Below the pieces are notes generated by a model. It searched no databases, was not told where the DNA came from, and was given only the letters and a program-made list of their open reading frames with translations. The translations under genes were made by a program, and so were the position numbers. Below, one piece after another: positions 28,958 through 39,310 of a stretch of 64,000 nucleotides of DNA (position 1 is the first letter of the stretch; every line of letters begins with the position of its first letter). The stretch spans positions 384,001 to 448,000 of the forward strand of contig JBAXAI010000001.1 in assembly GCA_037142615.1 (NCBI GenBank). The letters are read 5' to 3'. Origin of the DNA: Spirochaetales bacterium. Its GTDB lineage: Bacteria > Spirochaetota > Spirochaetia > JABEVK01.

Positions 28958-30009
28958 GGGGCCGAGTCGGTGGCCACGAAATACATGTCCATCTCGCCCT
29001 TCCCCTTCACTTCGGCGACCCGCCGTTTTTCCAGCGGGATCCGGTCGACCACCAGGTCACGGGTCACCCGGGAAATGTTGATTTTTCCGGGTTCGGAAAG
29101 GTGCTCCATCCGGCTGGCGATATTCACAGTATCTCCAAATATATCATAGAGATACTTGGTGCTCCCGACGATACCGCCAATGACGGAACCCGAATGGATG
29201 CCCACCCGCAGGTTCCATTGCAGGCCACCCTCCACATTTCGGCGCGCCACAAAGCCCACCATTTCCCGGGCGGCAGAGACCATTGCCATGGCGTGGTCGG
29301 GATGAGCTTCGGGCAGGCCAGAGGCTGCCAGGTACGCGTCGCCGATGGTCTTGATCCGTTCACAACCGTGCTGCGCCATGATTTGGTCGAAGGCCGAATA
29401 AAGGACGTTAAGCTCCGAAATAATCTGCCCCGGACTGAGTACCGAGGAGGCATCGGTAAACCCGACAAAGTCAGAGAAAAGGATAGAAACCTCGGGAAAA
29501 AGCTGCGGTTTGCAGAAACCTTGGGTGCGAAGTTCTTGCACCACTTTCGCGGGTAACATGGCGTTGAGCAGTTCTTCGCTCCTTCGCTGTTCCCGACGCA
29601 GGGCCAAATGGACCCCAACGCGGGCGAGAACCTCTTCGGCGTGGAAGGGTTTGGTGATGTAGTCGACACCGCCGACGGCAAAGGCGGCCACCTTGTTGGA
29701 AGTCGCCTCGAGGGCGCTGATGAAAAGTACAGGGATCGACTCCAGCTCTGGAACCTGTTTGAGCCGACGGCAGACCTCCAGTCCATCCATTCCTGGCATG
29801 GTGATGTCGAGCAGAATCAGATCCGGAGGCTGCCGCGAGGCGGCTTCCAGTGCCATGGCACCCCGCGTGAAGAGGACCACCCGGTACTTCACCCGCTGCA
29901 GGATTTCCTGGAGCAGCCGGAGGTTGTCGGGAAGGTCATCGACGATCATGATCGTTTCATCGCCGTGGGGGACGGTCTTCATGGGGGTAGTCTCCTTGAG
30001 TTCAGCCAC
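28951..30009 (-). CDS. Response-regulator-fused class III adenylate cyclase
   Basis: Receiver (IVDD, LLDITMPGMDG, KPF) plus cyclase domain (LFSDFVGFT, IKTIGDAY, YDIFGDTVNIASRME). Confidence 0.93.
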   Translation of the reverse strand: MAELKETTPMKTVPHGDETIMIVDDLPDNLRLLQEILQRVKYRVVLFTRGAMALEAASRQPPDLILLDITMPGMDGLEVCRRLKQVPELESIPVLFISALEATSNKVAAFAVGGVDYITKPFHAEEVLARVGVHLALRREQRRSEELLNAMLPAKVVQELRTQGFCKPQLFPEVSILFSDFVGFTDASSVLSPGQIISELNVLYSAFDQIMAQHGCERIKTIGDAYLAASGLPEAHPDHAMAMVSAAREMVGFVARRNVEGGLQWNLRVGIHSGSVIGGIVGSTKYLYDIFGDTVNIASRMEHLSEPGKINISRVTRDLVVDRIPLEKRRVAEVKGKGEMDMYFVATDSAPQ

Positions 30010-32246
30010 TGGTCCAGTCCGTCGTAGTCAAACTGCCCGAGCAGCGACCTGAGGCTGTCGGCTTCTTCCGGACCAGTCAGCGCGACCAGATCACAAAGCT
30101 GGTAGAGGAGTTTGATGTCGCCTCCGGCAGCAGCAGCCCTCAACCGCTGGGCCAGGTCGTCGGGTATCCGCGCACTCCGCGAGGGGGAACCACGGTCATC
30201 GGAAGCTTGTGGAGTTTCCACGACGTCAGGTGGCTCCAACAGCGAGTCCCAAAGCGCCGGGACTTCCAGCCCGAAGGATACGGTGGTACCCACGCCAGGC
30301 TGGCTTGTCAGGCCAAGAGAGCCCCCCATGAGTTCTACCAACCTGCGTGAGAGACTCAAACCCAAGCCGATTCCCCCGTGTTCCCGGGTGGGCGAGCCAT
30401 CCACCTGCGTGAGGGGCAACCACAGCGAGGCCAACTTGTCTTCTGGGATCCCGACCCCGGTGTCTTGGATCCGAAACAGCAGGTGGGCCAAGGGTCCGTG
30501 CTGCTCGGCCTCGACGGACAGTTCGACCCGGCCGGAACGGGTGAACTTGACGGCATTCTCGAGCAGGTAGTCCAGAATCTGCACGAGTCTCGGGCCATCA
30601 ACTTCCACCTGCGCTGGAATGCCCGGCTTCAAAGTCAGCTGGAACTCGAGACCGTGGTTGGTGGCCAACTGGCGGGTCTGCGAGTTGACCTGAAGCAAGA
30701 GCGGGGCCAACGCTGTCTGGGCGACGGTGAGGCTGAGGGTCCCGGATTCCAGCCTCGAAAAGTCCAGGAGTCCTTCGATCTGGCGTCGCAGAACGTTTCC
30801 ATTCCTTCGGACCAGGGCCGCGAAGTTCCTCTGGGTCTGGCTCAGTTCACCTTGCAGAAGCAGTTCTGAGAACCCTATCACCGAAGCGAGTGGCGTACGC
30901 ATTTCGTGGCTGACGTTTTGGACGAACTCGCTCTTGAGGCGGTTTGCCACCTCCGCCTTGTCTTTGGCGACCACCAGCTCATCGACAGTAAGAAGCAACC
31001 TTTGGGCCATGATTCGGAACGAGTCGTTGAGGATGCGCAGTTCGCGGATCCGACCGGCAGGAGGAAGGGTCAGGGTCCATTCGCCATCGGTGAAGGACTC
31101 GACGTAGCGGGTGAGTTCGGCGAGCGGCCTCGTCATCCTTCGCGTCATCCACTGGTTTGCCAGCAGGGTCAGGAGCAAAATCGTCAGAATCACCAGGCCG
31201 GTAACAGCAAACTCCTGGTTGACCAACCCCAGAAAGTCGTTCTCTGGCAGGAGTGTCACGACAACCCAGGGCAAACCGGTGACCTGAGGCAGAAGACTGG
31301 CCTGGCCGAGAAAGCGCCCGTTCTGCCCGGGAAACTCAAAGGATTGGGGTGAACCGTCCTTGAGAAGCCGCAGGTCGGTGCCGAAGTTCCCTGTCAGCGA
31401 CTGGTAGGCACTCCGGAGGACCGGGTCGACGCTCTCAGCGGCGTTGCGTCGCAGAAACGTCTTTGTGGCCTTGTCGGTCGAAAATGGGACTTCTCCCGTC
31501 GAGGTCGCCACCAGCAACCCGGAAGTTTCCAAGACAAAACTCTGTCCGGTTTTGCCTACTTTCAGCGAGGCCAACAAGGAGCCAAGATGGGAAAGGAACA
31601 CATCGACCCCGACAACGCCCAGCTGCTTCCACTGGGAATCGAAAACGGGCGCAAAGGCACTGACGGCGAGATCCTGGCCGGTGAACAGGACGTAAGGCGC
31701 AGTCCAGCCGGCGCGACCGGACTGCGCCGCCTGCAGGAACCACGAGCGAGTTCGGCTATCAAACGACGCCAGCGAGCTCACCAGAACGGTGGGTTTGCCG
31801 TTGCTGTCAACGGCGAACTTGTTGAACACTCCGGCTTGGAATTGCTCAGTCCGGATGACGTATTGAGAACCGTTTGACCCTTCGCGGCCGGAATTGGCGA
31901 GTCCGCCTTGGGGGTTGCCGAAGTAAATGCTGTTGACCGAGTCGAACATTTGAAGTTGGTTCCAGAAGTAGGACAACAGGAGTTCCTGGTCGGCAGGATT
32001 GGGCTGTCCCCGGGCCAGAGCTGCCGCGTTGACCTGGTTGATCTTCACCGGTGCGCTCAGAAACTCCTGCAAGTCGGACTGGATCTGGAGGTTGACCTCG
32101 CCACCGAGGCGGCTGGCCATTTCGGTTACGGCGTGGCGACCCTGGAGCAGACTCAAAACGTAAACGGTGGTGCTCGCCAGAAGTATGATCCCAAGGGTGC
32201 TGAAAAGTAAGGCCGAGCGCAGGGAATAGGTTCGGGTTGGTTTCAC
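29979..32246 (-). CDS. Membrane sensor histidine kinase (Cache-like, HAMP, HisKA, HATPase)
   Basis: Two TM helices flanking a Cache-like domain (DSRTRSWF, WTAPY); SHEMRTPL, NAVKFT, DTGVGI, GIGLGL. Confidence 0.9.
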   Translation of the reverse strand: MKPTRTYSLRSALLFSTLGIILLASTTVYVLSLLQGRHAVTEMASRLGGEVNLQIQSDLQEFLSAPVKINQVNAAALARGQPNPADQELLLSYFWNQLQMFDSVNSIYFGNPQGGLANSGREGSNGSQYVIRTEQFQAGVFNKFAVDSNGKPTVLVSSLASFDSRTRSWFLQAAQSGRAGWTAPYVLFTGQDLAVSAFAPVFDSQWKQLGVVGVDVFLSHLGSLLASLKVGKTGQSFVLETSGLLVATSTGEVPFSTDKATKTFLRRNAAESVDPVLRSAYQSLTGNFGTDLRLLKDGSPQSFEFPGQNGRFLGQASLLPQVTGLPWVVVTLLPENDFLGLVNQEFAVTGLVILTILLLTLLANQWMTRRMTRPLAELTRYVESFTDGEWTLTLPPAGRIRELRILNDSFRIMAQRLLLTVDELVVAKDKAEVANRLKSEFVQNVSHEMRTPLASVIGFSELLLQGELSQTQRNFAALVRRNGNVLRRQIEGLLDFSRLESGTLSLTVAQTALAPLLLQVNSQTRQLATNHGLEFQLTLKPGIPAQVEVDGPRLVQILDYLLENAVKFTRSGRVELSVEAEQHGPLAHLLFRIQDTGVGIPEDKLASLWLPLTQVDGSPTREHGGIGLGLSLSRRLVELMGGSLGLTSQPGVGTTVSFGLEVPALWDSLLEPPDVVETPQASDDRGSPSRSARIPDDLAQRLRAAAAGGDIKLLYQLCDLVALTGPEEADSLRSLLGQFDYDGLDQWLNSRRLPP

Positions 32247-35212
32247 GACGTTCCACCTTTCGAAGGCTGGCGGACAGAAGACTCTAGCCACGTCCGGATG
32301 CCCTCATAATCGAAACTTTCCAGCAGGCGACGTAGCCGGTCGGAGCCGGGATGGCCGGTCGAACGCAATTTATCCTCACAGTTTTGGAGTTGGGCAATGT
32401 CGCCCTCGTCGGTAGCCTTCAGGATCCGCCCTGCCAGAGCGGTGGGCAGGGCGTTTTCCTCCTCTTCAAAACCTCTCGCCGACGAACCATAGCTGTAGTG
32501 AACGCCGAGTCCCTCGGCAATCCGGCTCAGAAGGTCGGGAGTCCGGAAGGGCTTGCTCAAATACGCGTCTGCCCCCGCTTGTGCGGTCGCAGCCGCCTCA
32601 TCCTCGAAGGCGCTGGCCGAGAGCGCAAGAATAAAGATGTCCTTTCCCCAAGCCTCGGCACGGACGCGTCGGGCCATCTCGTAACCGTCCATTACCGGCA
32701 TCCTCATGTCGAGGAGAATTCCGTCGGGACGCCAGGCTGCGGCGAGTTCCAAGCCAGTGGCTCCGTTTTCCGCCCCCTTCAGGGCAAAACCAAGTGGTGT
32801 CAGGAGTTCGTACAGCAACGAGAGGTTTTCGGGCTTGTCGTCGACGAGCAGGAGCTTCACCAGCGGTGTACCCGGAGCCAAGCCTACCACCTCTTTTGCT
32901 TCTGCCCCATCGTCGGGGCCAAGGTCGCCTTTCAGGAGCGGAACCTCCAGGCGGAAGCGGGAACCTACACCGACCTGACTGACAACACTCAGTTCGCCAC
33001 CCATCAATTGGGCGTAGCGGCGGCTGATCGCCAGACCTAGACCGGTGCCGCCAATGCGGCGTCCCATGACGGCTTGGGTGAACTCGCCGAAGATTCCCTC
33101 CTGATCGTCTTCGCTGATGCCTGGACCGGTGTCCTCGACGTCCACCGTCAGCAAAAAAGTTCCCCCGTCCCGTGGCTTGGTGCTGGCCTCGACGGTGACT
33201 CCGCCGCGCTCGGTGAACTTGACGGCGTTGCTCAGCAGGTTGACCAGAATCTGCCGGACCTTTCCCAGGTCGCCTTGGGCAAACGGTGGCAGTTCCGCGC
33301 TGACAGAAACCCGCAGCGACAAACCTTTTTCGCCCAAGCGAAGGCCAAACAGATTTTGGAGATAGGTGAAGAGGAAGGCCAGGTCAAACTCCACCGATTC
33401 CAGCCTGGCCTTGCCGGCTTCAATCTTGGCCATATCGAGAATGTCATTGATCAGCTGGAGCAAATGCTCTCCGCTGCGGTTGATGGTCTCGAGGTGTTCG
33501 GTCTGTTTGGCGGTCAGCGAGGCGTCGCGCTTGAGAATCTGGGCGAAGCCGAGGATGGAATTGAGCGGGGTGCGGATCTCGTGGCTCATATTGGCCAGAA
33601 AAATACTCTTGGCACGGTTGGCTTCTTCGGCCTGAACGGCCAGTTCCTTCGTGACCAGAACCGACGCTTCCAACTGCCGGTTGATTTCGAGAATCTTCTC
33701 TTCGCCGAGTTTCTGTTCCGTAATGTCGCGCCCGGTCGACTGGACTTCCAGCAGGTGTCCCGCGACGTCGAAGATGGCGTGGTCGAGCCATTCCTGCCAC
33801 ACGATGGTGCCGTCAGGAGCCACGATCCGGTGCTGGGAAGCAATGTTGACGCTGCCAGAGCGCAACGCTTCGAGGTTCTTCCTGAGGGTTGCCGAAGCTT
33901 CTATTCCTACGAACTCGAACAGAGGAGTGCCAAGCAGGGAAGCCTCACTGCGCTGGTAGTTGGCGCAAAAAGCCTCGTTGACGTACGTGAGGGTGGTGTC
34001 GGGAAGAAAGCGGCAGACCATTTCCTGCTGGTCCATCAGGACGGCAGCCAAACGTTGTTCGTTCTGCTTGAGGGCGATCTCGGCTTCGACGAGTTCGGTG
34101 ATGTCGACCGAGACAATCCCGTACAAGGGTTCTTCGTCGGTCTCCTGCGCAACCGGAAAGATACACGTTTCGAAAACACCGGCGCCGTGCGCTGTCGTCG
34201 ACACTTCCTGGACGCGCAGAGTCTCGTTGGTCTGTGCCACCTGTTCCAGGCGCTCGTGGAACAAGGGCACGGAAGAGGCGGGAAGAAGTTGGCTGTAGGT
34301 TCTGCCAACGGCCGGTGCCCGGAGAGTCTCGGAAATCATCCGAGACGCCGCGAGGAAGGTTCCCTCGCGGTCCACGATCGCAATGGGAATGGGGCTTTGG
34401 TCAAACCACGAGGACATCCGTCGCTGGGCCCGGTTCCGCTCGTGTTCCAGGCGCACCAATTCGGACACGTCCTCCCAAACACAGGCCACAAGTGAGCTGT
34501 CGGGAGCGAAAAACCGCAGGCTGAAGTACTTGCCCGGGAGGCCTTCGAGCACAAAATCCCGCAAATCGCCCCCGCTGGCAGCACACGCGTGAAACTGCTG
34601 CGCTGCGGCCTCACTGAGACCGAAGGCCGCCTGCGGAGATTTGCCATCCAGGTCGTGACCCGAGAGGCCGGTCAAACGTTCAAACGCCGGGTTGACCTCC
34701 GCGATGGCCAGAGACGGTGCGCCGACGGCTTCGGCGTGGTGCAGGCTCAGTCCATTGTGCATACCCCGGAACAGGGACCGATAGCGCTGCTCAGATCGCT
34801 CCAATTCATTCCGCTGCCAAGCCAAGCGAAGGAAGACACGGACCTTGGAAATCAGAATCGCTGGATCAAACGGCCTGACCAGGTAGTCGATCGCTCCTTC
34901 GTGGTAGCCGTGAAGCAGGTGAGAATCGCCGCCAAAAGCCGCTGAGACGAAAATGATGGGAACCTCGTCGGTAGCCGTCGCGCCTTGGAGGCTGCCCGCC
35001 AGCTCCCAGGCGATCGTCCCGGGCATTTGGACGTCAAGAATCGCGAGACCAAAGTGGTGGCTCGAGGCAAGACTCAGGGCTGCCTCGCGGCTGGTGGCTC
35101 TCATCAGCCGGACGGGCAATCCCGACAAAGCTCGCTCCAGTTCAACCAGGTTGGCGACTTTGTCATCCAAAGCGAGGATCAAGAACTCTGGCGCCGGCAC
35201 AGGCACGTTCAT
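32243..35212 (-). CDS. Cytoplasmic hybrid histidine kinase (REC, PAS x3, HisKA, HATPase, REC)
   Basis: LDVQMP, PAS motifs (GRDITE), SHEIRTPLN, NAVKFT, GTGLGL, LLDMRMPVMDG; GGGAGG RBS before ATG 35212. Confidence 0.93.
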   Translation of the reverse strand: MNVPVPAPEFLILALDDKVANLVELERALSGLPVRLMRATSREAALSLASSHHFGLAILDVQMPGTIAWELAGSLQGATATDEVPIIFVSAAFGGDSHLLHGYHEGAIDYLVRPFDPAILISKVRVFLRLAWQRNELERSEQRYRSLFRGMHNGLSLHHAEAVGAPSLAIAEVNPAFERLTGLSGHDLDGKSPQAAFGLSEAAAQQFHACAASGGDLRDFVLEGLPGKYFSLRFFAPDSSLVACVWEDVSELVRLEHERNRAQRRMSSWFDQSPIPIAIVDREGTFLAASRMISETLRAPAVGRTYSQLLPASSVPLFHERLEQVAQTNETLRVQEVSTTAHGAGVFETCIFPVAQETDEEPLYGIVSVDITELVEAEIALKQNEQRLAAVLMDQQEMVCRFLPDTTLTYVNEAFCANYQRSEASLLGTPLFEFVGIEASATLRKNLEALRSGSVNIASQHRIVAPDGTIVWQEWLDHAIFDVAGHLLEVQSTGRDITEQKLGEEKILEINRQLEASVLVTKELAVQAEEANRAKSIFLANMSHEIRTPLNSILGFAQILKRDASLTAKQTEHLETINRSGEHLLQLINDILDMAKIEAGKARLESVEFDLAFLFTYLQNLFGLRLGEKGLSLRVSVSAELPPFAQGDLGKVRQILVNLLSNAVKFTERGGVTVEASTKPRDGGTFLLTVDVEDTGPGISEDDQEGIFGEFTQAVMGRRIGGTGLGLAISRRYAQLMGGELSVVSQVGVGSRFRLEVPLLKGDLGPDDGAEAKEVVGLAPGTPLVKLLLVDDKPENLSLLYELLTPLGFALKGAENGATGLELAAAWRPDGILLDMRMPVMDGYEMARRVRAEAWGKDIFILALSASAFEDEAAATAQAGADAYLSKPFRTPDLLSRIAEGLGVHYSYGSSARGFEEEENALPTALAGRILKATDEGDIAQLQNCEDKLRSTGHPGSDRLRRLLESFDYEGIRTWLESSVRQPSKGGTS

Positions 35213-35228
35213 GGGGCCCTCCCGTGCC

Positions 35229-35257
35229 AGTATTTCACCGGGCGGTAGTGATGTCAA
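35229..35257 (-). promoter_or_regulatory. Sigma70-type promoter of the signalling cassette
   Basis: TTGACA-N17-AATACT upstream of the RBS of the 35212 gene. Confidence 0.6.
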
Positions 35258-35287
35258 GATAGAATAGACTTTTTAGATATTGTGGAA

Positions 35288-36358
35288 TTAACTGTGAGTT
35301 TTGTCGTCCCGTGCCGGGGGGTGCCGTGACTGGATGAGCATCGCGTCGCCGTAGCTGAAGAAACGGTAGCGCGCCTCGACCGCCTGACGGTAGGTCTCGA
35401 GCATAAAGTCTTGTCCGGCGAACGCGCAGACCAGCATGAGAAGAGTACTCTCGGGGGTGTGGAAGTTGGTGAACAACTGGTCAACGGCCCGGAATCGGTA
35501 GCCGGGGGTGATAAAGATATCGGTGCTCCCGCTGCCTGCCTCCCAGTGGCCTGCCGCCCAGCCGTCGGCCGTGAAGCTGGCTTCCAGGGTCCTCAGGCTG
35601 GTAGTCCCAACGGCCAGAATGGGGCGACGCTCCCCGCGCGCACGGTTAAGCGCCGCCACGGCCGACTCGCTCAGGTGATAGCGCTCGGTGTGCATCTTGT
35701 GGTCGGCGACATTTTCGGCCCGCACCGGAAGAAACGTTCCCAGGCCCACCTCCAGCGTGACATAGGCTAGCTCCACACCGCGCTCGGTCAACGCGTCCAG
35801 AATCGATTGGGTGAAGTGAAGACCCGCCGTTGGGGCTGCCGCGCTACCGGTTTCGCGGGCATAGATAGTTTGATAGCGCTCGGCATCGGCCTCGGTATCG
35901 GGTCGCTGGATGTACGGTGGCAAGGGAAGATGCCCGTAAGCCTCAAGCCAGAGCTCGGTGATCGGAGGCTCAAAGTGCAGAACCCGTACATTGCCTTCGG
36001 CGCTTGCCACCGTGGCCATCACGTCGCCAGGAAAGCGAAGCTTCTGACCAAACCTGAGTTTCTTGGCTTTGTTGACCAGCGCTTCCCACGGCCCCCCAGT
36101 CAAAGGCCGCAGCAGAACCACCTCGACCCGCCCCCCATGCTCGGTGGTACCGAAGACACGGGCCTTGCGCACCCTGGTATCGTTGAACACCATCAGGGTT
36201 CCCGGGGCGATGCATTGCGCAAGCTCGGCAACCGACCGATGGCTGCGGGTCTGTCGTACCGGATCGAGGACCAGAAGCCGACTTTGCCCCCGCTCGGAGG
36301 GAGGAGCCTGAGCGACCAGTTCGTCGGGCAGATGAAACGAAAAATCGGAGGTCTTCAC
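35288..36358 (-). CDS. queA: S-adenosylmethionine:tRNA ribosyltransferase-isomerase
   Basis: VFNDTRV, PLPPYI, AAPTAGLHF, VGTTSLRTLE, TNFHTPEST, YRFFSYGDAM. Confidence 0.97.
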   Translation of the reverse strand: MKTSDFSFHLPDELVAQAPPSERGQSRLLVLDPVRQTRSHRSVAELAQCIAPGTLMVFNDTRVRKARVFGTTEHGGRVEVVLLRPLTGGPWEALVNKAKKLRFGQKLRFPGDVMATVASAEGNVRVLHFEPPITELWLEAYGHLPLPPYIQRPDTEADAERYQTIYARETGSAAAPTAGLHFTQSILDALTERGVELAYVTLEVGLGTFLPVRAENVADHKMHTERYHLSESAVAALNRARGERRPILAVGTTSLRTLEASFTADGWAAGHWEAGSGSTDIFITPGYRFRAVDQLFTNFHTPESTLLMLVCAFAGQDFMLETYRQAVEARYRFFSYGDAMLIQSRHPPARDDKTHS

Positions 36359-36361
36359 GAG

Positions 36362-37396
36362 CTAGAAAAGACTCCCCTGATCAGCCTGCTCGCGCCGTTC
36401 GTTCCAGAGGGTCTCGAGACCGAGGTGCTGATAGGCGAGCGACGTGGCTTGGCGACCGCGTGGTGTGCGCATCAAGAACCCCCGCTGGATGAGATAGGGT
36501 TCATAAAAGTCCTCGAGACTGTCGATCCCCTCGCCTACGCTGATGGCCAGAGTTTCGGCACCCACGGGACCGCCCCCGTAATTCTGAATCACCGAGCGCA
36601 AGATGGCCCGGTCCTGCTTCTCAAGACCGTACAGGTCGATTTCCATGCGCTGGAGGGCCCTGCTCACCACCTCGAGGGTGATCACGCCGTCGCCCTGCAC
36701 CTGCGCAAAGTCACGCATGCGGCGCAGAAGTCGGTTCGCCACCCGAGGCGTCCCGCGGCTGCACTGCGCCAGCAAGTCGGCGGCGTCATCGGGCAGGTCA
36801 ACCGCCAAAATAGTGGCCGACCGAAGCAGGATGTGCCTTAGTTCTTCCACCGTATAGAGATCAATACGCAGATGGATGCCGAAGCGGCTGAACAGGGGGC
36901 TCGACACCCGCCCAGGTTTGGTGGTGGCACCGACCAAGGTGAACTTGGGCAACGGGATGCGCACCGTGCGGGCACTCGGCCCTTGCCCGATGATCCAATC
37001 GAGTTCGCCGTCTTCCATGGCGATGTAGAGCATTTCTTCGATCACGGGCTTCAGGCGGTGAATTTCGTCGATGAAGAACACGCTGTTTTCGGTGAGCGTC
37101 GTCAAGAGCCCTGCGATGTCTTTGGGCTTGTCGATGGCCGGGGCACTGGTCACTTTGAGTTCGGCGCCGAGTTCGTTGGCCATGATGCCGGCCAAGGTGG
37201 TTTTACCCAGGCCGGGGGGACCCGAGATGAACACGTGGTCGAGGGCTTCCTTGCGCTCGCGGGCAGCCGTGATGTAGACAGTCAGGTTTTCTTTGATCGC
37301 GTCCTGGCCCTGAAAGTCACGCAAGACCAAGGGCCGCAGACCGAGTTCTTTCTGCTCCTCACCCTCGCTGGCACTGGGGTTGGTCACCGTATCCAT
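36362..37396 (-). CDS. ruvB: Holliday junction DNA helicase RuvB
   Basis: [44 protein letters not shown]. Confidence 0.98.
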   Translation of the reverse strand: MDTVTNPSASEGEEQKELGLRPLVLRDFQGQDAIKENLTVYITAARERKEALDHVFISGPPGLGKTTLAGIMANELGAELKVTSAPAIDKPKDIAGLLTTLTENSVFFIDEIHRLKPVIEEMLYIAMEDGELDWIIGQGPSARTVRIPLPKFTLVGATTKPGRVSSPLFSRFGIHLRIDLYTVEELRHILLRSATILAVDLPDDAADLLAQCSRGTPRVANRLLRRMRDFAQVQGDGVITLEVVSRALQRMEIDLYGLEKQDRAILRSVIQNYGGGPVGAETLAISVGEGIDSLEDFYEPYLIQRGFLMRTPRGRQATSLAYQHLGLETLWNERREQADQGSLF

Positions 37397-37403
37397 GGCA
37401 GCC

Positions 37404-38000
37404 TCAACCCGCCGACAGCTTCAGCAAAGCTCTTTGAAACAAGGTCCGTTCCCGCTCGGCGACCGAAAGTTTGGCGAGCGCGGCATCGTTGTTCAGGTCC
37501 TGAACCACTTTCTCAACCTCGCGGCGGTCAAAGCCCATTTCGGCCAGGCTGGCGATCAACTCTGCCAACGGATTGCCCCCGGGAACGGTCTCATCGACCA
37601 ACAACAGCTTGCCCTGCAGGGCCAAGATCATCTTCTGCGCCGTCTTGAGCCCCAGTCCGGGGATTTTGGACAACTTCCCGGCGTCGTTGGCTTCGAGCGC
37701 CCCGGCGAACTCCTGATGGCGCATGCCCGAAAGGCACTTGAGCGCCAGTTTGGGCCCTACCCCCGACACCTTGATCAGGTCGAGGAACAGCGAGCGTTCG
37801 GAAACTGAGGCAAACCCGTAGACCTTCATGCTGTCCTCGGTGTGTTGCAGCCAGGTGTACACCCGGGCGCGTTGGCCGACGGAGGGAAGAGCCTCGATCG
37901 AGAACCGGCCCATGCCGATATCCCATTCTACATCTCCTGCCTGCAAAAAGACTTGCTCAAGACCTTTGCGGGTGACTTCGCCACTGATGCTGTTCCACAT
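37404..38000 (-). CDS. ruvA: Holliday junction branch migration protein RuvA
   Basis: VSGVGPKLA and [11 protein letters not shown] HhH motifs. Confidence 0.95.
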   Translation of the reverse strand: MWNSISGEVTRKGLEQVFLQAGDVEWDIGMGRFSIEALPSVGQRARVYTWLQHTEDSMKVYGFASVSERSLFLDLIKVSGVGPKLALKCLSGMRHQEFAGALEANDAGKLSKIPGLGLKTAQKMILALQGKLLLVDETVPGGNPLAELIASLAEMGFDRREVEKVVQDLNNDAALAKLSVAERERTLFQRALLKLSAG

Positions 38001-38002
38001 AC

Positions 38003-38506
38003 CTACCTCAACTTCGCAAGGGCCGCCAGGCCGCCGGGTGGTCCCTGATTCACATGGCAAATGGCTGCTGCCAACGCGTCGGCAGCATGGTCAGGCTTAG
38101 GAATCTCCGGGAGTTTCAGCAGCAACTTCACCATTTCCTGCACCTGCCTCTTGTCAGCTTGGCCGACACCGACCAGGGCGAGCTTGATCTGCGTGGGATT
38201 GTACTGCCCGACGGCAAGGCCGGCCTGGGCAAACGCAAGAAGCACCACGCCACGCACCTCAGCCACGGGCAGGCCGCTCGAGATGTTCTTCACAAAGTAC
38301 AGATTCTCTATGCCGGCCTGCTCGGGGCAAAACTGGACGATCAACTTCTGCACCTCGTTGTACAAATACAACAACCGGGCCTCCTGAGGTTGGCCGGCCG
38401 CAGTGGTGAGCACCCCATGGGCCACGTGCGTCGAGCGGCCGCCGTCAACAGAGATGACCCCCCAGCCCAGCGAAGCCAGGCCGGGGTCGATCCCGAGAAC
38501 CTTCAT
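38003..38506 (-). CDS. ruvC: Crossover junction endodeoxyribonuclease RuvC
   Basis: VLGIDPG, IENLYF, KPDHAADALAAAICH. Confidence 0.96.
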   Translation of the reverse strand: MKVLGIDPGLASLGWGVISVDGGRSTHVAHGVLTTAAGQPQEARLLYLYNEVQKLIVQFCPEQAGIENLYFVKNISSGLPVAEVRGVVLLAFAQAGLAVGQYNPTQIKLALVGVGQADKRQVQEMVKLLLKLPEIPKPDHAADALAAAICHVNQGPPGGLAALAKLR

Positions 38507-38519
38507 CAGGTTCCCCGGT

Positions 38520-39260
38520 TCACTCTTCCTCGCCGACGTCGAGGATCGACATGTCGAGATTGTGGTAGACGTTCTGCACGTCATCATTTTCTTCCAAGCG
38601 GTCAACGAGCGTCATGATCTTTTCGGCGGTCTCTTTGTCGGGAGCCACCCGCGCCTGAGGAATCAGGCTGACCTCGGCCATTTCGGTGGCCAAGCCGGCC
38701 TTGTTGATGGCTTCCAGGACCTTTTCAAAGTCGGCGGGCGCCGTGGTGACCTCAAAGTTGCCGTTGTCGACGATGTCTTCAGCTCCGGCATCGAGGGCAA
38801 TTTCCATCACGGCATCCTCGGTGGTTTTTTCACCGTCGACAACGATCAGGCCCTTGCGTTCAAACAAGCGGGTAACAGAACCTACGGTGGCCAACTGGCC
38901 GTTGCCTTTGGTGAGGATCATGCGCACGTCGGCGGCTGTGCGGTTCTTGTTGTCGGTGAGCGTTTCGACCAGCAAGGCAACACCCCCGGGGGCATAGGCC
39001 TCGTAGGTCAATTCGACGAACTCCTGGCCCTCCAACTCACCGGCACCCTTCTTGATGGCCCTGTCGATGTTGTCCTTCGGCATGTTGGCGGCCTTGGCTT
39101 TGAGGACGGCCATCCGGAGACGTGCGTTGCCTTCCAGACTGGAGCCCGAGCGGGCTGAGACCATGATCTCTTTGATGATCTTGGTAAAAACCGCGCCGCG
39201 CTTGGCGTCAAGGGCCCCCTTTTTTCGTTTGATGGTGGCCCATTTGCTGTGTCCTGACAT
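38520..39260 (-). CDS. yebC: YebC/PmpR family protein
   Basis: MSGHSKWATIK, NMPKDNIDRAI, TDNKNRT, DDVQNVYHN. Confidence 0.97.
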   Translation of the reverse strand: MSGHSKWATIKRKKGALDAKRGAVFTKIIKEIMVSARSGSSLEGNARLRMAVLKAKAANMPKDNIDRAIKKGAGELEGQEFVELTYEAYAPGGVALLVETLTDNKNRTAADVRMILTKGNGQLATVGSVTRLFERKGLIVVDGEKTTEDAVMEIALDAGAEDIVDNGNFEVTTAPADFEKVLEAINKAGLATEMAEVSLIPQARVAPDKETAEKIMTLVDRLEENDDVQNVYHNLDMSILDVGEEE

Positions 39261-39310
39261 GGATGCGTCCTCTTTTCGGTGTTTAGGTTATTACCAGAGA
39301 TTTCAGCGGC

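Noticed and set aside
33074-34495. 473 aa plus-strand ORF
   Set aside because: Antisense to the hybrid histidine kinase
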